NCBI GenBank assembly: GCA_001687465.1
Contig: LVLI01000214.1
Location: 1 to 64,000, forward strand
DNA length: 64,000 nucleotides
Direction: 5' to 3'
Origin: Halocafeteria seosinensis
Lineage: Eukaryota
Shown: positions 52,005 to 62,092 of the stretch, one piece after another
Layout: every line of letters begins with the position of its first letter
Position numbering within the stretch: position 1 is the first letter of the stretch
Made by a program: the position numbers and the translations under genes
Notes under the pieces: generated by a model
What the model was told of the DNA's origin: nothing
Database searches by the model: none
What the model saw: only the letters and a program-made list of their open reading frames with translations

Positions 52005-53999
52005 CTAACGCAAAAGTTCGTCTGGAATGGGGGCGTCACTTTCGTGAACTTGTAGATGCAGCGTAGTTGACTCATTTTCAGGCTCCTGGCTATTGGCTGG
52101 CTCACTATACCCTATCGAACTACGCCTTCTTCTGTATCGCGCAGAACGACTTGCTTGCTCCGCGTCTATTTGTTTCCGCTTACGCTCTTGCTCCAGTACC
52201 TCAACTTTTTTGTCGCTTTGTGCTTTCCACGATTTGGGACCGTCATTCTTACGCCAGAAAAACTTTTCTTCCTTGCTCTTCAAGCGCGACACTTGATGAG
52301 CGTATCCGTGGGCCAGCTCTCGAATATACTGTAGTTGCCCCGTGCGATCTAGTCGTGTCCACTCCATATAGTCGATAACTGCGATAGTCCATCCCCGCTC
52401 CATGAGCTCCTTTGCTGCATCGTCGCTTAGGTGATGAACGTGTCCATCAATAGCGACGTTATTGAGCGCACTGTATTCATCACCTTCCTGGATTCCAGCT
52501 TTCCAGCCGGGAGCATTTCTCACTTGGAATGCTATTTGGACGTCTGCGAGACCTAAAGGAACTACAACGACTTCATCAGAAAGATAAAACCTTCTTCCCC
52601 TCTCTCTGGAAAAAGAACCAGCAACCTCAATGTTCCTTTCGATATCGAATCCTGCATCTCGAATCCGTCGAGCAATTTTATTGTTGACCCTGCGCATAGG
52701 GTCTTGGGAGTCAAATTCAATGGAATTAAAAACCCCTGCGTCCACCTCCATTATCATATCGGTCGGCAAGGTCTGAGGAACATAGACGTCTTCAGGAATG
52801 TACTTCTGTATCATTCGATGTAGTGAAACTAGTTGGCGTTTTGTTCCAAATGGTAGCCGCTTTGGATTCTGCTGCAGCGGTTGGGCCGTCAGAACCATGT
52901 CGAATATTCGCGTCGCCCATTGGCGCATNGCCATAAGAGACCAAGCCAGTAGCACCGCCTCTTCATAATCCAGAGTATGCAACCGTTCTGAAGCAGAGGG
53001 TTCCAAATACTTCCCGAAGTTTCGGGCTGTTATGTATTCTTGAGTCCCCGCGTCACAGAGTCCGTAGGCAATGGACCATCCTAAACGTAATATTCCTTCC
53101 TTATCCATGTGTTCCAGCAGTCCTTCGGAAAGTACCTGATTGATTATTGACTCATAGGCATAATTGGAAAATACAGAGCATCGTGCCATGGCCCATGCTT
53201 GGTTGGCAACGGCAGTAGCACGCCGCGTCAGAAAAAGGGACTCTGACTCATTCGCCGAGTCGACCCTGGACGACAAGAGGCCTATGACGCACTTATACGC
53301 TTGCAATTCATTGTTCTCGGGCATTCCCCATGGCACGTTGTAGATGTTAATCGCATCGCTGTTCCTCTTACCCCTTAGTTTGTAGTACAATTGTTCGCTT
53401 GCTGCTGTAGAGACTTTAACTCGAGGGGCTCTCGAGTAATGCGCGTATGGGTATAGCAAAGCGGCAATGTCACCTGGTCCACAGAATCCCCAATAACTAT
53501 GGCTATATCTATCGAGAAATCCTAAGAGAGGTTCGATGGCGTCAGGTTCTCTCGCATCGGGATCCAAGTGACAAACACGATGCGCTGCGCATACCACATT
53601 GGGCACTCTGTATTGGCCACCATATTCGTGGTAGTGGTGTATTACTTGCTTCAGCGAAGTCAGTTCGACGATAGCATTATTGAGGGCATGCATCCTAGGA
53701 TCTCTGATTTCCGTCCAATGTTGCCGAAACCCTTTGGCGATAACGCGTTCTTCCTCTGTAAGTGGTGCTGCAATTTTCGATGAGGCTCCGATTTCCGTCG
53801 CTCCTTGGACAATTGGTACTCGAGACCCTCCCGCAATTTCATAGTCCCTGTGGTTACTTTGCTGTCTCTCTTTTCTGGCACCATTCGTCGTCTTGTGTCG
53901 GCATCGATGGCCTTGTAACACGGAAGAGGGACGCATTGAGTTCTTCCCCTGGAGGCATCTGCTCCACTCTTTGTGAAAATGCACCTGAATACGCTGCAT
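52005..53999 (-). CDS. RAP-domain protein with helical (OPR/HPR/FASTK-like) repeats, probable organellar RNA-binding factor
   Basis: Repeats such as AVANQAWAMA, ILRLGWSIA and VLLAWSL. C-terminal RAP motif AIDGHVHH…ELMERGWTIAVIDYMEW. Basic N-terminus like a transit peptide. One N base at 52929. Confidence 0.8.
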   Translation of the reverse strand: MQRIQVHFHKEWSRCLQGKNSMRPSSVLQGHRCRHKTTNGARKERQQSNHRDYEIAGGSRVPIVQGATEIGASSKIAAPLTEEERVIAKGFRQHWTEIRDPRMHALNNAIVELTSLKQVIHHYHEYGGQYRVPNVVCAAHRVCHLDPDAREPDAIEPLLGFLDRYSHSYWGFCGPGDIAALLYPYAHYSRAPRVKVSTAASEQLYYKLRGKRNSDAINIYNVPWGMPENNELQAYKCVIGLLSSRVDSANESESLFLTRRATAVANQAWAMARCSVFSNYAYESIINQVLSEGLLEHMDKEGILRLGWSIAYGLCDAGTQEYITARNFGKYLEPSASERLHTLDYEEAVLLAWSLMXMRQWATRIFDMVLTAQPLQQNPKRLPFGTKRQLVSLHRMIQKYIPEDVYVPQTLPTDMIMEVDAGVFNSIEFDSQDPMRRVNNKIARRIRDAGFDIERNIEVAGSFSRERGRRFYLSDEVVVVPLGLADVQIAFQVRNAPGWKAGIQEGDEYSALNNVAIDGHVHHLSDDAAKELMERGWTIAVIDYMEWTRLDRTGQLQYIRELAHGYAHQVSRLKSKEEKFFWRKNDGPKSWKAQSDKKVEVLEQERKRKQIDAEQASRSARYRRRRSSIGYSEPANSQEPENESTTLHLQVHESDAPIPDELLR

Positions 54000-54093
54000 T
54001 TTCTTCTATCCATACAGGATTGGGGTATATCACGAACAATCTTATATCTAATATTTTAAATGAAATACTATACTGTGCAATTCGGAGCCGACA

Positions 54094-55051
54094 ATGTATT
54101 TCAGTGTAAGTACCATGTGGTATGCTGTATGTGAAGGCAGACCTCAAATTGAACTGCCCCGTATGGATGTGCCTGTGCAGTCTGAAGGAGAATCAAATAA
54201 AAAGAGCACAGTCGCTTCAATTCTAGCAGGAGTTCTCGTACGTGTGATTCCTGTCTGGGGGTTTTTCCTGGTCAGAAGGGGATAGTATTGTCTCTGAGTG
54301 CAGTTTGGAGCCGCATGGTGGTTTTATATAGGAGCAACGTCGTACTGCAGAGAAGTGAAAAATGACAGCACAACATCAGGCGCTGGTAAGGAATGAAGAT
54401 TAAATTCTGATTGCATTGAAAGGGATATCCATGCATGTGTTGGCTCGCAGCTGGATACTCTTGGGTTCCTGGGGTAGGCGCAACTATAGCTTTTATCATG
54501 TAAGTTTCAGACACAAGGTTTGCCATTCGGACTTTGGGCCTTAAAGATCGAGCATGAAGTTTGTATGATGAGATGCCTCTGCTCTTATCGTCCGTTGGGG
54601 AGTGCTTGTGCAGGATAAATGGGATGGATTGGAATGAACTGCAAGGTGAAAGTTCCGGACTGCCAGGAGGCGATCAGAAGGCAGCGAGCAAGGCCAAGTA
54701 AGAAACAATGGAGTGGTTTTATCGACTTAGCTAGCTTTCTCTATTGTGCGACCTGCTATTGCAAAAAGAAACCCGCTATGTATTGCTCCAGATTGTTTCT
54801 CTTCTCGGCGATAGTTATTGGTTTGGCTGCTCTTGCTGCAAGCATTTTCATATTTTCGTCAGTATATGAAGGTGGAGACGAGGGGTGTAAGATCGGTGGT
54901 GTCAGTGTCATAGTACAGACGCTGGTAATATTTGCCGGGTAAGTGGATGTTAAAGCATTCTGAACTGACAGTGTCCCGCCTGACCCTGATTATCGTTCGC
55001 CTTCACCTCAGCGGGATTATAATGCGGTGGGGAACTGTTAGCAATGATTAA
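54094..55051 (+). CDS. TMEM50/Vps68 (UPF0220) family membrane protein, about 7 exons, fragmented in the ORF track
   Basis: Spliced product: STVASILAGVL|FGAAWWFYIGA…|YSWVPGVGATIAFIM|INGMDW…|SRLFLFSAIVIGLAALAASIFIF…GVSVIVQTLVIFAG|GIIMRWG, matching the TMEM50 pattern. Confidence 0.85.
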
Positions 55052-55183
55052 TAGACACACTGAGACGAAGAAACATGAGGAGGCTGAGTTGATCTACGCG
55101 TATGATATCCCCAAGTAAAGTATATTCGTTGTTTGCAGCCACGAGATCACAATATAGTTTCCAAGCCACGTATCTCCACACTA

Positions 55184-55898
55184 TTACTCTCCTTCAGCTT
55201 CTGCCGCAGCAGAAATCCACTTTTCAATGTTCTCTTCATCTTCTTCGATCCATGATTCCCAAGCTTCATCTTCGATACTGGGAATTTCAGATACTTCCTT
55301 AACTGTGTGGAAATCGGGGAACTCAGCTGGGGGCGCGTTCGCCTCCTCTTTGGCTGCTTTCATTTTCGATCGCATTATAGCAAGACTTATGAGAGTGATA
55401 TAAAATCCCATCACGAACATCGATAACTGCACAGTCAATAAATAAGCGTACGTGAGAAGTGGCTTGCAACTCAATTAGTCAGAAAAAACAAGGGGTCACA
55501 CGGTAAAGGGGAGATTGAGGGGACCAAAAAAGGTCTGGGTGTTCCACGATGAGCGAAGACCACCATGCCCGTGTTGCCCCCCAAATGGAATCACATAGTC
55601 CCCTAGGGTATGTGCCTGCATTAATTAGAAAAGTGTGTTCTCTTACCTGATAGTTGTGGGGCATATAGTATCTGAATATGGCCTCTACGCCCTCATAATC
55701 CGGGTGTTTGGGGAATCTGTCGAAGGCAGAGGCTGCTTTATCTTTGGCGCTCTGCATAGTTTCCTTGGCTCCAGCAGACGCATTTTCTGCTTGCGCTGAG
55801 AATTGTCGACTACGCTGTACCATCCTCATGCTTGTAACTGGGCGCTGTCCCTGGGCTGGGATAGCTCTTGATAATAAACGGTATCCTCGCTGCATCAT
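55184..55898 (-). CDS. Mitochondrial single-TM protein resembling the ATP synthase subunit k/DAPIT-like proteins of stramenopiles, 2 exons (intron 55646-55427)
   Basis: Arg-rich presequence (…RSRQFS), YEGVEAIFRYYMPHNYQL, one TM segment, then IPSIEDEAWESW…ENIEKW. Confidence 0.55.
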
Positions 55899-56149
55899 GT
55901 TGTTGCCACAACTCCAACCTATATTCAATTCACGGTATTCTGAAACAATCTCTTCAGCCATACAATATCATGATACAATCGAAGATGTCAATGTTCAACT
56001 GTATCAAGCACAATATTTGTTGGAACGAAAGTCGTCGAAAGATCTTCCCGGGCTGAAAGCCCGGATCCACCGGGTTGGATGTGTCAAACACAGTGTCATG
56101 ACTCATGACACGTCCAGCTACCAAGGGTAGTAGTGGCTAAAAACTCATT

Positions 56150-56650
56150 GGAACAGTAGTGCCATAGCATGCTTGTTCCTATTGTGTATGACTGACACTG
56201 ATAGCGGATTGGTTGTTTCAGGGAATAGCTCAGGTGGAATCCCAGCCGTGTCGCTACAGCGGGGGGGATATAGCTGGCCCACAAACAGGATTGAGGGAAG
56301 ACGATGCAGGAACATGAGGACCATAGTCACGTAACAGGAAAGGAGCACCATCCTCCAGAAGCGCCTAAGGAAGAGCAAAACGGCAGCCAGCATGACACCC
56401 GTGAGGTTGAACAATCGGATGCTCAAGATAAGCATGCACAGTGGTGGAACTGATAACTATGACGTTACTGAGCATCTCATGGATTTGAGCACGCTGGCTC
56501 AAAAATTGGGAACGATCATTGATATTGATCAGAATCCCACAGTACTGACGCCGGCACAAGCGGAAACTCGACTTCACGGGAGGGACCCAACAAGTTACCA
56601 AAAAGCCCTCCGAAAATAACTCCATTTCACCGATCTCTTTACAGCCATGC
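56150..56650 (+). pseudogene. Truncated, frameshifted duplicate of the upstream region and 5' end of the P-type ATPase at 62792
   Basis: Colinear with about 62650-63180 (gatatagctggcccacaaacaggatt…gagcatctcatggatttgagcacg…ctccatttcaccgatctctttacagc). It has a frameshift and internal deletions. Confidence 0.9.
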
Positions 56651-57652
56651 TGTACCGCTAGTTAAAAGACTTCGCGGATAGATAACGTGCGAAAGGTTTA
56701 ATGATAATGAGGACTCCCTCATTCATTGTTTCATTTCGGCGTCCAGAGAATTGGTCGCCAGCGGCTGTGACAACGTTAAGGTCTATCGCGATATTATGGT
56801 ATGTCCCGGAATCAATCCTCTCTTTTGTTTGATGGATGTAAAATAGACCTTCGGTTATGTGGAATTACCTCGACGCTTTATCCATCGTGGATAAAAGTGT
56901 CTCAACGGTTTCACTAGAATTAGAACTAACGATATTGATGTCACAACTAACTTCGGGACTCTTTAAGAATGTAGGAGTTGACACACATGGAAGCACGATA
57001 CGAATGGCAAATGCTTCGTGCTTATTAAACAGAACTGCTCCTTTGACGAATGATGCGCTCTCAAGTTCGGAATATGGAAACATGCGTTTCGACTTTGTGA
57101 CTCCAGCTTTTAGTGTGTCCTGGCGATGCTTACAGTCCAAAGGGAAGTTATAGTTGGCTTGTACAGCTTGCACCACTTTCTTACTGATTTACTCAACCTG
57201 TTGACGATTGAATTGGAATGTCGCCATTGATGTTTGACACCATAAAACCCGAGACGTCGCAGTCGCCCTCTTAGCCTAGATGGTATTCTTCGGTTTTAAG
57301 GTAAAATATCTGGAATGTTTCGGATTCAAGACTCCTTCATGAAGGAAGTTAATCATCCATCAATCATCAAAAAATACTGAAGGCTGCTCTATTCGAGTAC
57401 GGCCACCCAGGTCTATGTCAGCAACATATAGGTTGCTGTCTGCCCATTGTCCGCGGTTTGAGAGTGTGGTTGTCTTCCGTAATCTGCATGCATTGATTTT
57501 AACAAGTTGCGCTTGCAGGTGATAACTTGTTAAAATATGTGCATTATAGCTTTAAGAGTTCTACAACTTTGGCCCATTTAGTAGGAGCTAAAGAAGATGG
57601 AATGTCATTTAGGCTTGTTTGCCAGAATTATGCACTGTAAGAATGTTTAACT

Positions 57653-59812
57653 TCAATCCCACACTCCTAACTCTGTCAATGCATCATCGAGGGCGGGAGT
57701 TAGATATCTCATGAACGGTGCCGTCAAGTGATTTGTGTCCCTCATGACAAGTATGTTGTCCAGCACGGGCGGACATGATATTTCAGTGCACAACAGTTTC
57801 CTTAGGTCTAGGAATTTCCAGTGGAGGGTTCGTGCAATGGATCGCTCTAGGGAATAAAGCTTGTCGGATCTATCTTGCTTTCCCTTTTCCACTGGGATGG
57901 CGCATTTTTGAATGTCATGTTTGTACTTACTCAAACATGTTCTAGGGATTTGACGCGTGCGTCGATTATCACCTATGATAACCACATGCGTTTTCTGGCT
58001 GTTGGAACGAAGAAGTTCTTCGTGCAAGTCTATGTATGCTTGCCAGACTTCTGCATCTGTGCCGTAGTGGTGATACGCGGAGGTCAGAATTATCACGTTC
58101 GCTTTCAGACGACTAATAGCTTTAATTGCCGACGCTCTCCATCCAATGCATTTCTTGATAGGTCGGGTACTATTTTTAGGAGTCGGCGGACAGGATCCCT
58201 TCGCAAAAATTTGTAATGAATGGTTATGCCGTTTAGCGATTACGTCGATCCCGACATGCTTCATCATAGCGTGCGAATCACCTACCAGAGCTAGTACCTT
58301 CGAAGACTCTGTACAACCCATCAAACACCTACCTTTCTTGTGAACATCGACTTCCTCCCAGCAGTTCGAGACATTTTTGGGGTACACTAATCTCAATCTG
58401 TTTAGGGGAGGGATTGGGTTCTTTGGCAAGTCACGTTGCTTTTCCGCGTCCTTCAAGATATGGTACCATCTGTTGAGAAAGGAACAGTTGCTAGTGTCGA
58501 GTTGTACTGAACAACCAAACAGGCTGGTTTGTTCTACGATCTGATGTATTCCTAAACTACAGTTCAAGCCAGTGACGACGTTCTTCGCCGGTATACGATA
58601 CTCTTGAATGGGCGGGGATGGTTCTGACGCTTGGGAACTCTGGAACAGCATTAACGTCGCGACTGAGCCAGCAGTAGCAGCGATTCCCAGGAAGATGGTT
58701 GTCATTGGATTGTGGGGCAGTTTCTTGTTCCTTCTGCAGGGGTCTTCAATCAATTTGAACGTCCACACGGACAAACAAACTGCCACGGCAATGGCGTATA
58801 CTTTCCTTAGCATATCTTCTGGGGCTAAGGATAATTCTGCTGAGAATACCAATGCCGGCCAATGCCATAGGTATATAGAATAAGAACGTTCTCCGATCCA
58901 CTGCATTAGAGGTTGGCTTAAGAAAAATTCATCCAGCCATGTTGCTTCTCTTGCGGCAAGAATCAACAGCGTCCCCAGTACAGGAGGAACTGCCATCATT
59001 CCAGGAAACTGGGTCTCGCTATTGTAGAAAACGCAGCAGCTAGCTAATAGCGAGAGTCCTCCACAAGATAAAAGACCGCCCTTTGTAAGGAAACCTGCTT
59101 TTCCCACTCCCTGGTCCATTGTGATGGCTAGAACGGCCCCAGAGGCCATCTCCCAGGCTCGTGCAGGAAGAAGAAAAAACGAAAGTACATTTTCTTGTCT
59201 TACCCAGTATTCACAAACCCAGAAGGAACTCAAGAAAATCAGCAGAAACGCTCCTGTTGCGGCAGGTAGAAACTTGGGACAGAGCACCAGTCCACGGAGG
59301 ACAAATGGCCAAAGGGCATAGTATTGCTCCTCTACTGACAATGACCAATAATGTAGCAGTGGCGAAGGACTATCGTCCGCATGGAAGTAATCCGTTGCCT
59401 GTCTTCCAAACCGAATATTCGCCATGTAGGTAGCGACGCTGATCCCGTCACTCACAAGGGACGGAATAAGAAAAGGAGGTAAGAACAAGAATCCGAAGGA
59501 CACTGTAGACGCCAGCACGAACATCGAGGCTGGAAGGAGTCGCTTAATGCGACGGGAGAAAAACTTCATCGTGTCAACAGAGCCAGTGCTCTGAATCTCT
59601 TTCAGAAGAATGGCAGTCATAAGGAATCCACTGATAGTAAAGAACACATCCACACCCACAAAGCCTCCAGAAAATCCTGGAACTTCCATGTGGTACAGCA
59701 CGACCATAATAATGGCAATAGCGCGCAGACCTTGGATGTCTCTACGGTACGCAAAGTGTGCACGGCTTCCCTCTGTTGAGTTGGCATCCTGTTCTCGTCT
59801 GATAATCCCCAT
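57653..59812 (-). CDS. Acyltransferase-3 + SGNH fusion (OafA/OatA-like polysaccharide O-acetyltransferase), intronless
   Basis: YRRDIQGLRAIA…VVLYH, GGFVGVDVFFTISGFL, RRIKRLLP, HYWSLSVEEQYY and SYSIYLWHWP. SGNH catalytic motifs LVGDSHA and RDTNHL. Confidence 0.93.
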   Translation of the reverse strand: MGIIRREQDANSTEGSRAHFAYRRDIQGLRAIAIIMVVLYHMEVPGFSGGFVGVDVFFTISGFLMTAILLKEIQSTGSVDTMKFFSRRIKRLLPASMFVLASTVSFGFLFLPPFLIPSLVSDGISVATYMANIRFGRQATDYFHADDSPSPLLHYWSLSVEEQYYALWPFVLRGLVLCPKFLPAATGAFLLIFLSSFWVCEYWVRQENVLSFFLLPARAWEMASGAVLAITMDQGVGKAGFLTKGGLLSCGGLSLLASCCVFYNSETQFPGMMAVPPVLGTLLILAAREATWLDEFFLSQPLMQWIGERSYSIYLWHWPALVFSAELSLAPEDMLRKVYAIAVAVCLSVWTFKLIEDPCRRNKKLPHNPMTTIFLGIAATAGSVATLMLFQSSQASEPSPPIQEYRIPAKNVVTGLNCSLGIHQIVEQTSLFGCSVQLDTSNCSFLNRWYHILKDAEKQRDLPKNPIPPLNRLRLVYPKNVSNCWEEVDVHKKGRCLMGCTESSKVLALVGDSHAMMKHVGIDVIAKRHNHSLQIFAKGSCPPTPKNSTRPIKKCIGWRASAIKAISRLKANVIILTSAYHHYGTDAEVWQAYIDLHEELLRSNSQKTHVVIIGDNRRTRQIPRTCLSKYKHDIQKCAIPVEKGKQDRSDKLYSLERSIARTLHWKFLDLRKLLCTEISCPPVLDNILVMRDTNHLTAPFMRYLTPALDDALTELGVWD

Positions 59813-60415
59813 CGCTGGAAGTTCCTACTTTCAGGTATTTTCACTTTTGTGATAACAGAACCGCAAAAGCCTAATTGTCAGTCTGTGTCAGGGTGTTGAA
59901 TCAGCAAACAGAGACTCCGAAGAGGCCGGTGGACAACCGCCCGGTTGGCCGGGCCGTATCCGCAAATGCGGTTGAAATTGAACCGTTCCATTGTGTGCTA
60001 AAAGGTTTGGTTTCTTGTGTGTATTCAGGTTTGGTTGGTTGGTCCTTCACATGGGTGCTAACTGGAGACCTGTTGGGCTTTATGTAATGTTCATCACTGA
60101 GGTGGGATCTATAATATGTTGTCAACATCAGAACTCGGTTGTGGAGTCGTTCAACCGACCGTGTGGCAAGTTGAGCTTCAATGGAAATTGCATGCGGCCA
60201 ATGGAGAAGTCGATAGTAGGAAAGGATGGATGATGGGAACGCAAGTGTGGAGATATTCATGGATATTCTTAAAATCGCCTTCAATAGCAACGGATTTGGA
60301 GGCCTCATAACACGTGCTAGTTCCAAGGTGGGCGAAGCTGGCAGATGAATGGAGGAACGCAGAGCCCAACGGGGGCTCAAGAATGAACCCTATGAGGCTC
60401 CCGACTTTGGCCGTC

Positions 60416-60955
60416 TTAAGAGCGCCGTTCAGGACGACAAGAACGTTTATTGTGCCTTCGCTTTTTGCATACTGTACAAGTCACTGTTTTAACTTTCGAC
60501 TGTTTAAGGAACTGAGTATCCTCTAGGCCTTTCTTGGGCCCGGAGTATGCTTGCGTCCTGAGGATGACAGAGGCATTGCGCCTTACGCGAGCCCTAACCT
60601 CATTGTAAGTGATGCATTTAATGTCGGCGTCGGCAGGGTATTGGTGTATCCATTTTTCGCCAGGGTATTGCTGTATCCATTTTTCGCTCGTGAAGTAGTC
60701 GTGAGAGAGTATTTCTGGGATTGCCATATGTGGAGCACCTCGGCGAGAAGCGGCAACGACGTGAATACAAGGGAATCCATCAACAAAAGGAACGCCAAAT
60801 GAACATGACATGGTCGTTAGGTTAACAGTGTGAGTAGTCTTCCGTGCTTCTACTTTGAACTGTTCTTGATTGAGACGCTTAACTCTTGGACGCAGCTCCT
60901 CTACCTCTTCCTTGACGGCCTCGTTTGCGGTTAATTGACGGTTGCGATTCTGGGA
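60416..60955 (-). mobile_element. MULE/Mutator transposase C-terminal remnant (degenerate SWIM finger plus zinc knuckle)
   Basis: FKVEARKTTHTVNLTTMSCSFG…GFPCIHVVAA is a SWIM finger with its second Cys lost. CTVCKKRRHNKRSC is the knuckle. No DDE domain or TIRs were seen. Confidence 0.7.
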
Positions 60956-62092
60956 CGCTCTCTTGTTTTGTTGCTCAGGATATCAAGGAATAATGGCCAG
61001 ACATCAAATGGAAGTATACCATTCCCGGGGCATATTTCCCAAGCTTGATTCTTCTTGGATCCAATAAGTGCGAGGGTATGCTACCCTAACTTACTAGCAT
61101 TGACATCCCCTTGGGTGTGCAGAAAACTCTCTCCATAATTCCCGGTCCTCCAGGCTATCGAGTCAATGGTATACTGCAGATGCTGAGTTTAGCGGTGCAT
61201 TCCCAAGCGGTTCCGTGACTTATTAGTCTACCAATCCCAAGGCAAATCCGTCACGAAGAGGGAGTCGATGGACGAGGGTCAGTCGGAAAGTTTATTTCCC
61301 AACTACCAGGAATCGTTAACTCACATTCGGTCCTAAACGCGCTCTGGTTTTGTTGCTGAGAATTTCAAGGAGTAATCATCAGACATACCAATCCCAAGGC
61401 ATATCCATAACGAAGAGGCTACGGAGTCGATGGCCGAGACTCACTCGAAATCTCCAGCACAGCATATTTCCCAACGTTGAGTCTTTTTGGATCCAATTAG
61501 TGCGAGGGAATGCTACCTAACGAAGGAACGTTGACATCCCCCCTGGGTGTGCAGAAATACTCTCTCCAGAATTCCCGGTCCTCCAGGCTATCGATTCAAT
61601 GGTATACAACTGCAGTTACACAGCTAAGCGGTGCATTCCCAATCGGTTCCGTGATTTACTGGCCCAACTAACACGATTCATTAGCTCACATTCGGTCCTA
61701 AACGCCCTCTTGTTTTGTTGCTCAGGATATCAAGGAATAATGGTCAGACATCGAATGGAAGTATACCAATCCCAGGGCATATTTCCCAAGCTTGATTCTT
61801 CTTGGATCCAATTAGTGCGAAGGTATGCTACCACACTAACTTAGTAGCGTTAGCGTTGACATCCCCATGGGCTCGCAGAAATACTCTCTCCATATTCCCG
61901 GTTCTCCAGGCTATCGAGTCAATGGTATACTGAACTGTAGTTGCTGAGCTCAGCGGTGCATTCCCAATCGGTTCCGCGGTTTATTAATCTACAACCAACC
62001 CCAAGGTATATCCATAACGAAGAGGATACGGAGTCGGTGAGCGAGACTCACCCGGAATTCCCTGCAGGAATCGATAGCTCACTTCCATTGTA
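60955..62092 (+). repeat. Three diverged tandem units of about 365-390 bp, probably a decayed LRR-like coding repeat
   Basis: Units at about 60955-61337, 61338-61701 and 61702-62092 share e.g. ttttgttgct-ag, ttggatccaat-agtgcga, tccaggctatcga-tcaatggtatac and agcggtgcattcccaa. Confidence 0.85.

Noticed and set aside
55427..55646. Match to U1/U2/U3/U5/U6, RNase P/MRP, a TPP riboswitch or a hammerhead ribozyme
   Set aside because: The hallmark motifs of these families were not found. It is kept only as an unassigned structured candidate.
56700..57500. 103-aa ORF and flanking fragments
   Set aside because: No motifs were recognised. It is probably decayed sequence.
60955..62092. Possible CRISPR-like array
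   Set aside because: The units are long and diverged with no constant short repeat separated by unique spacers. There are no cas genes and the context is eukaryotic.
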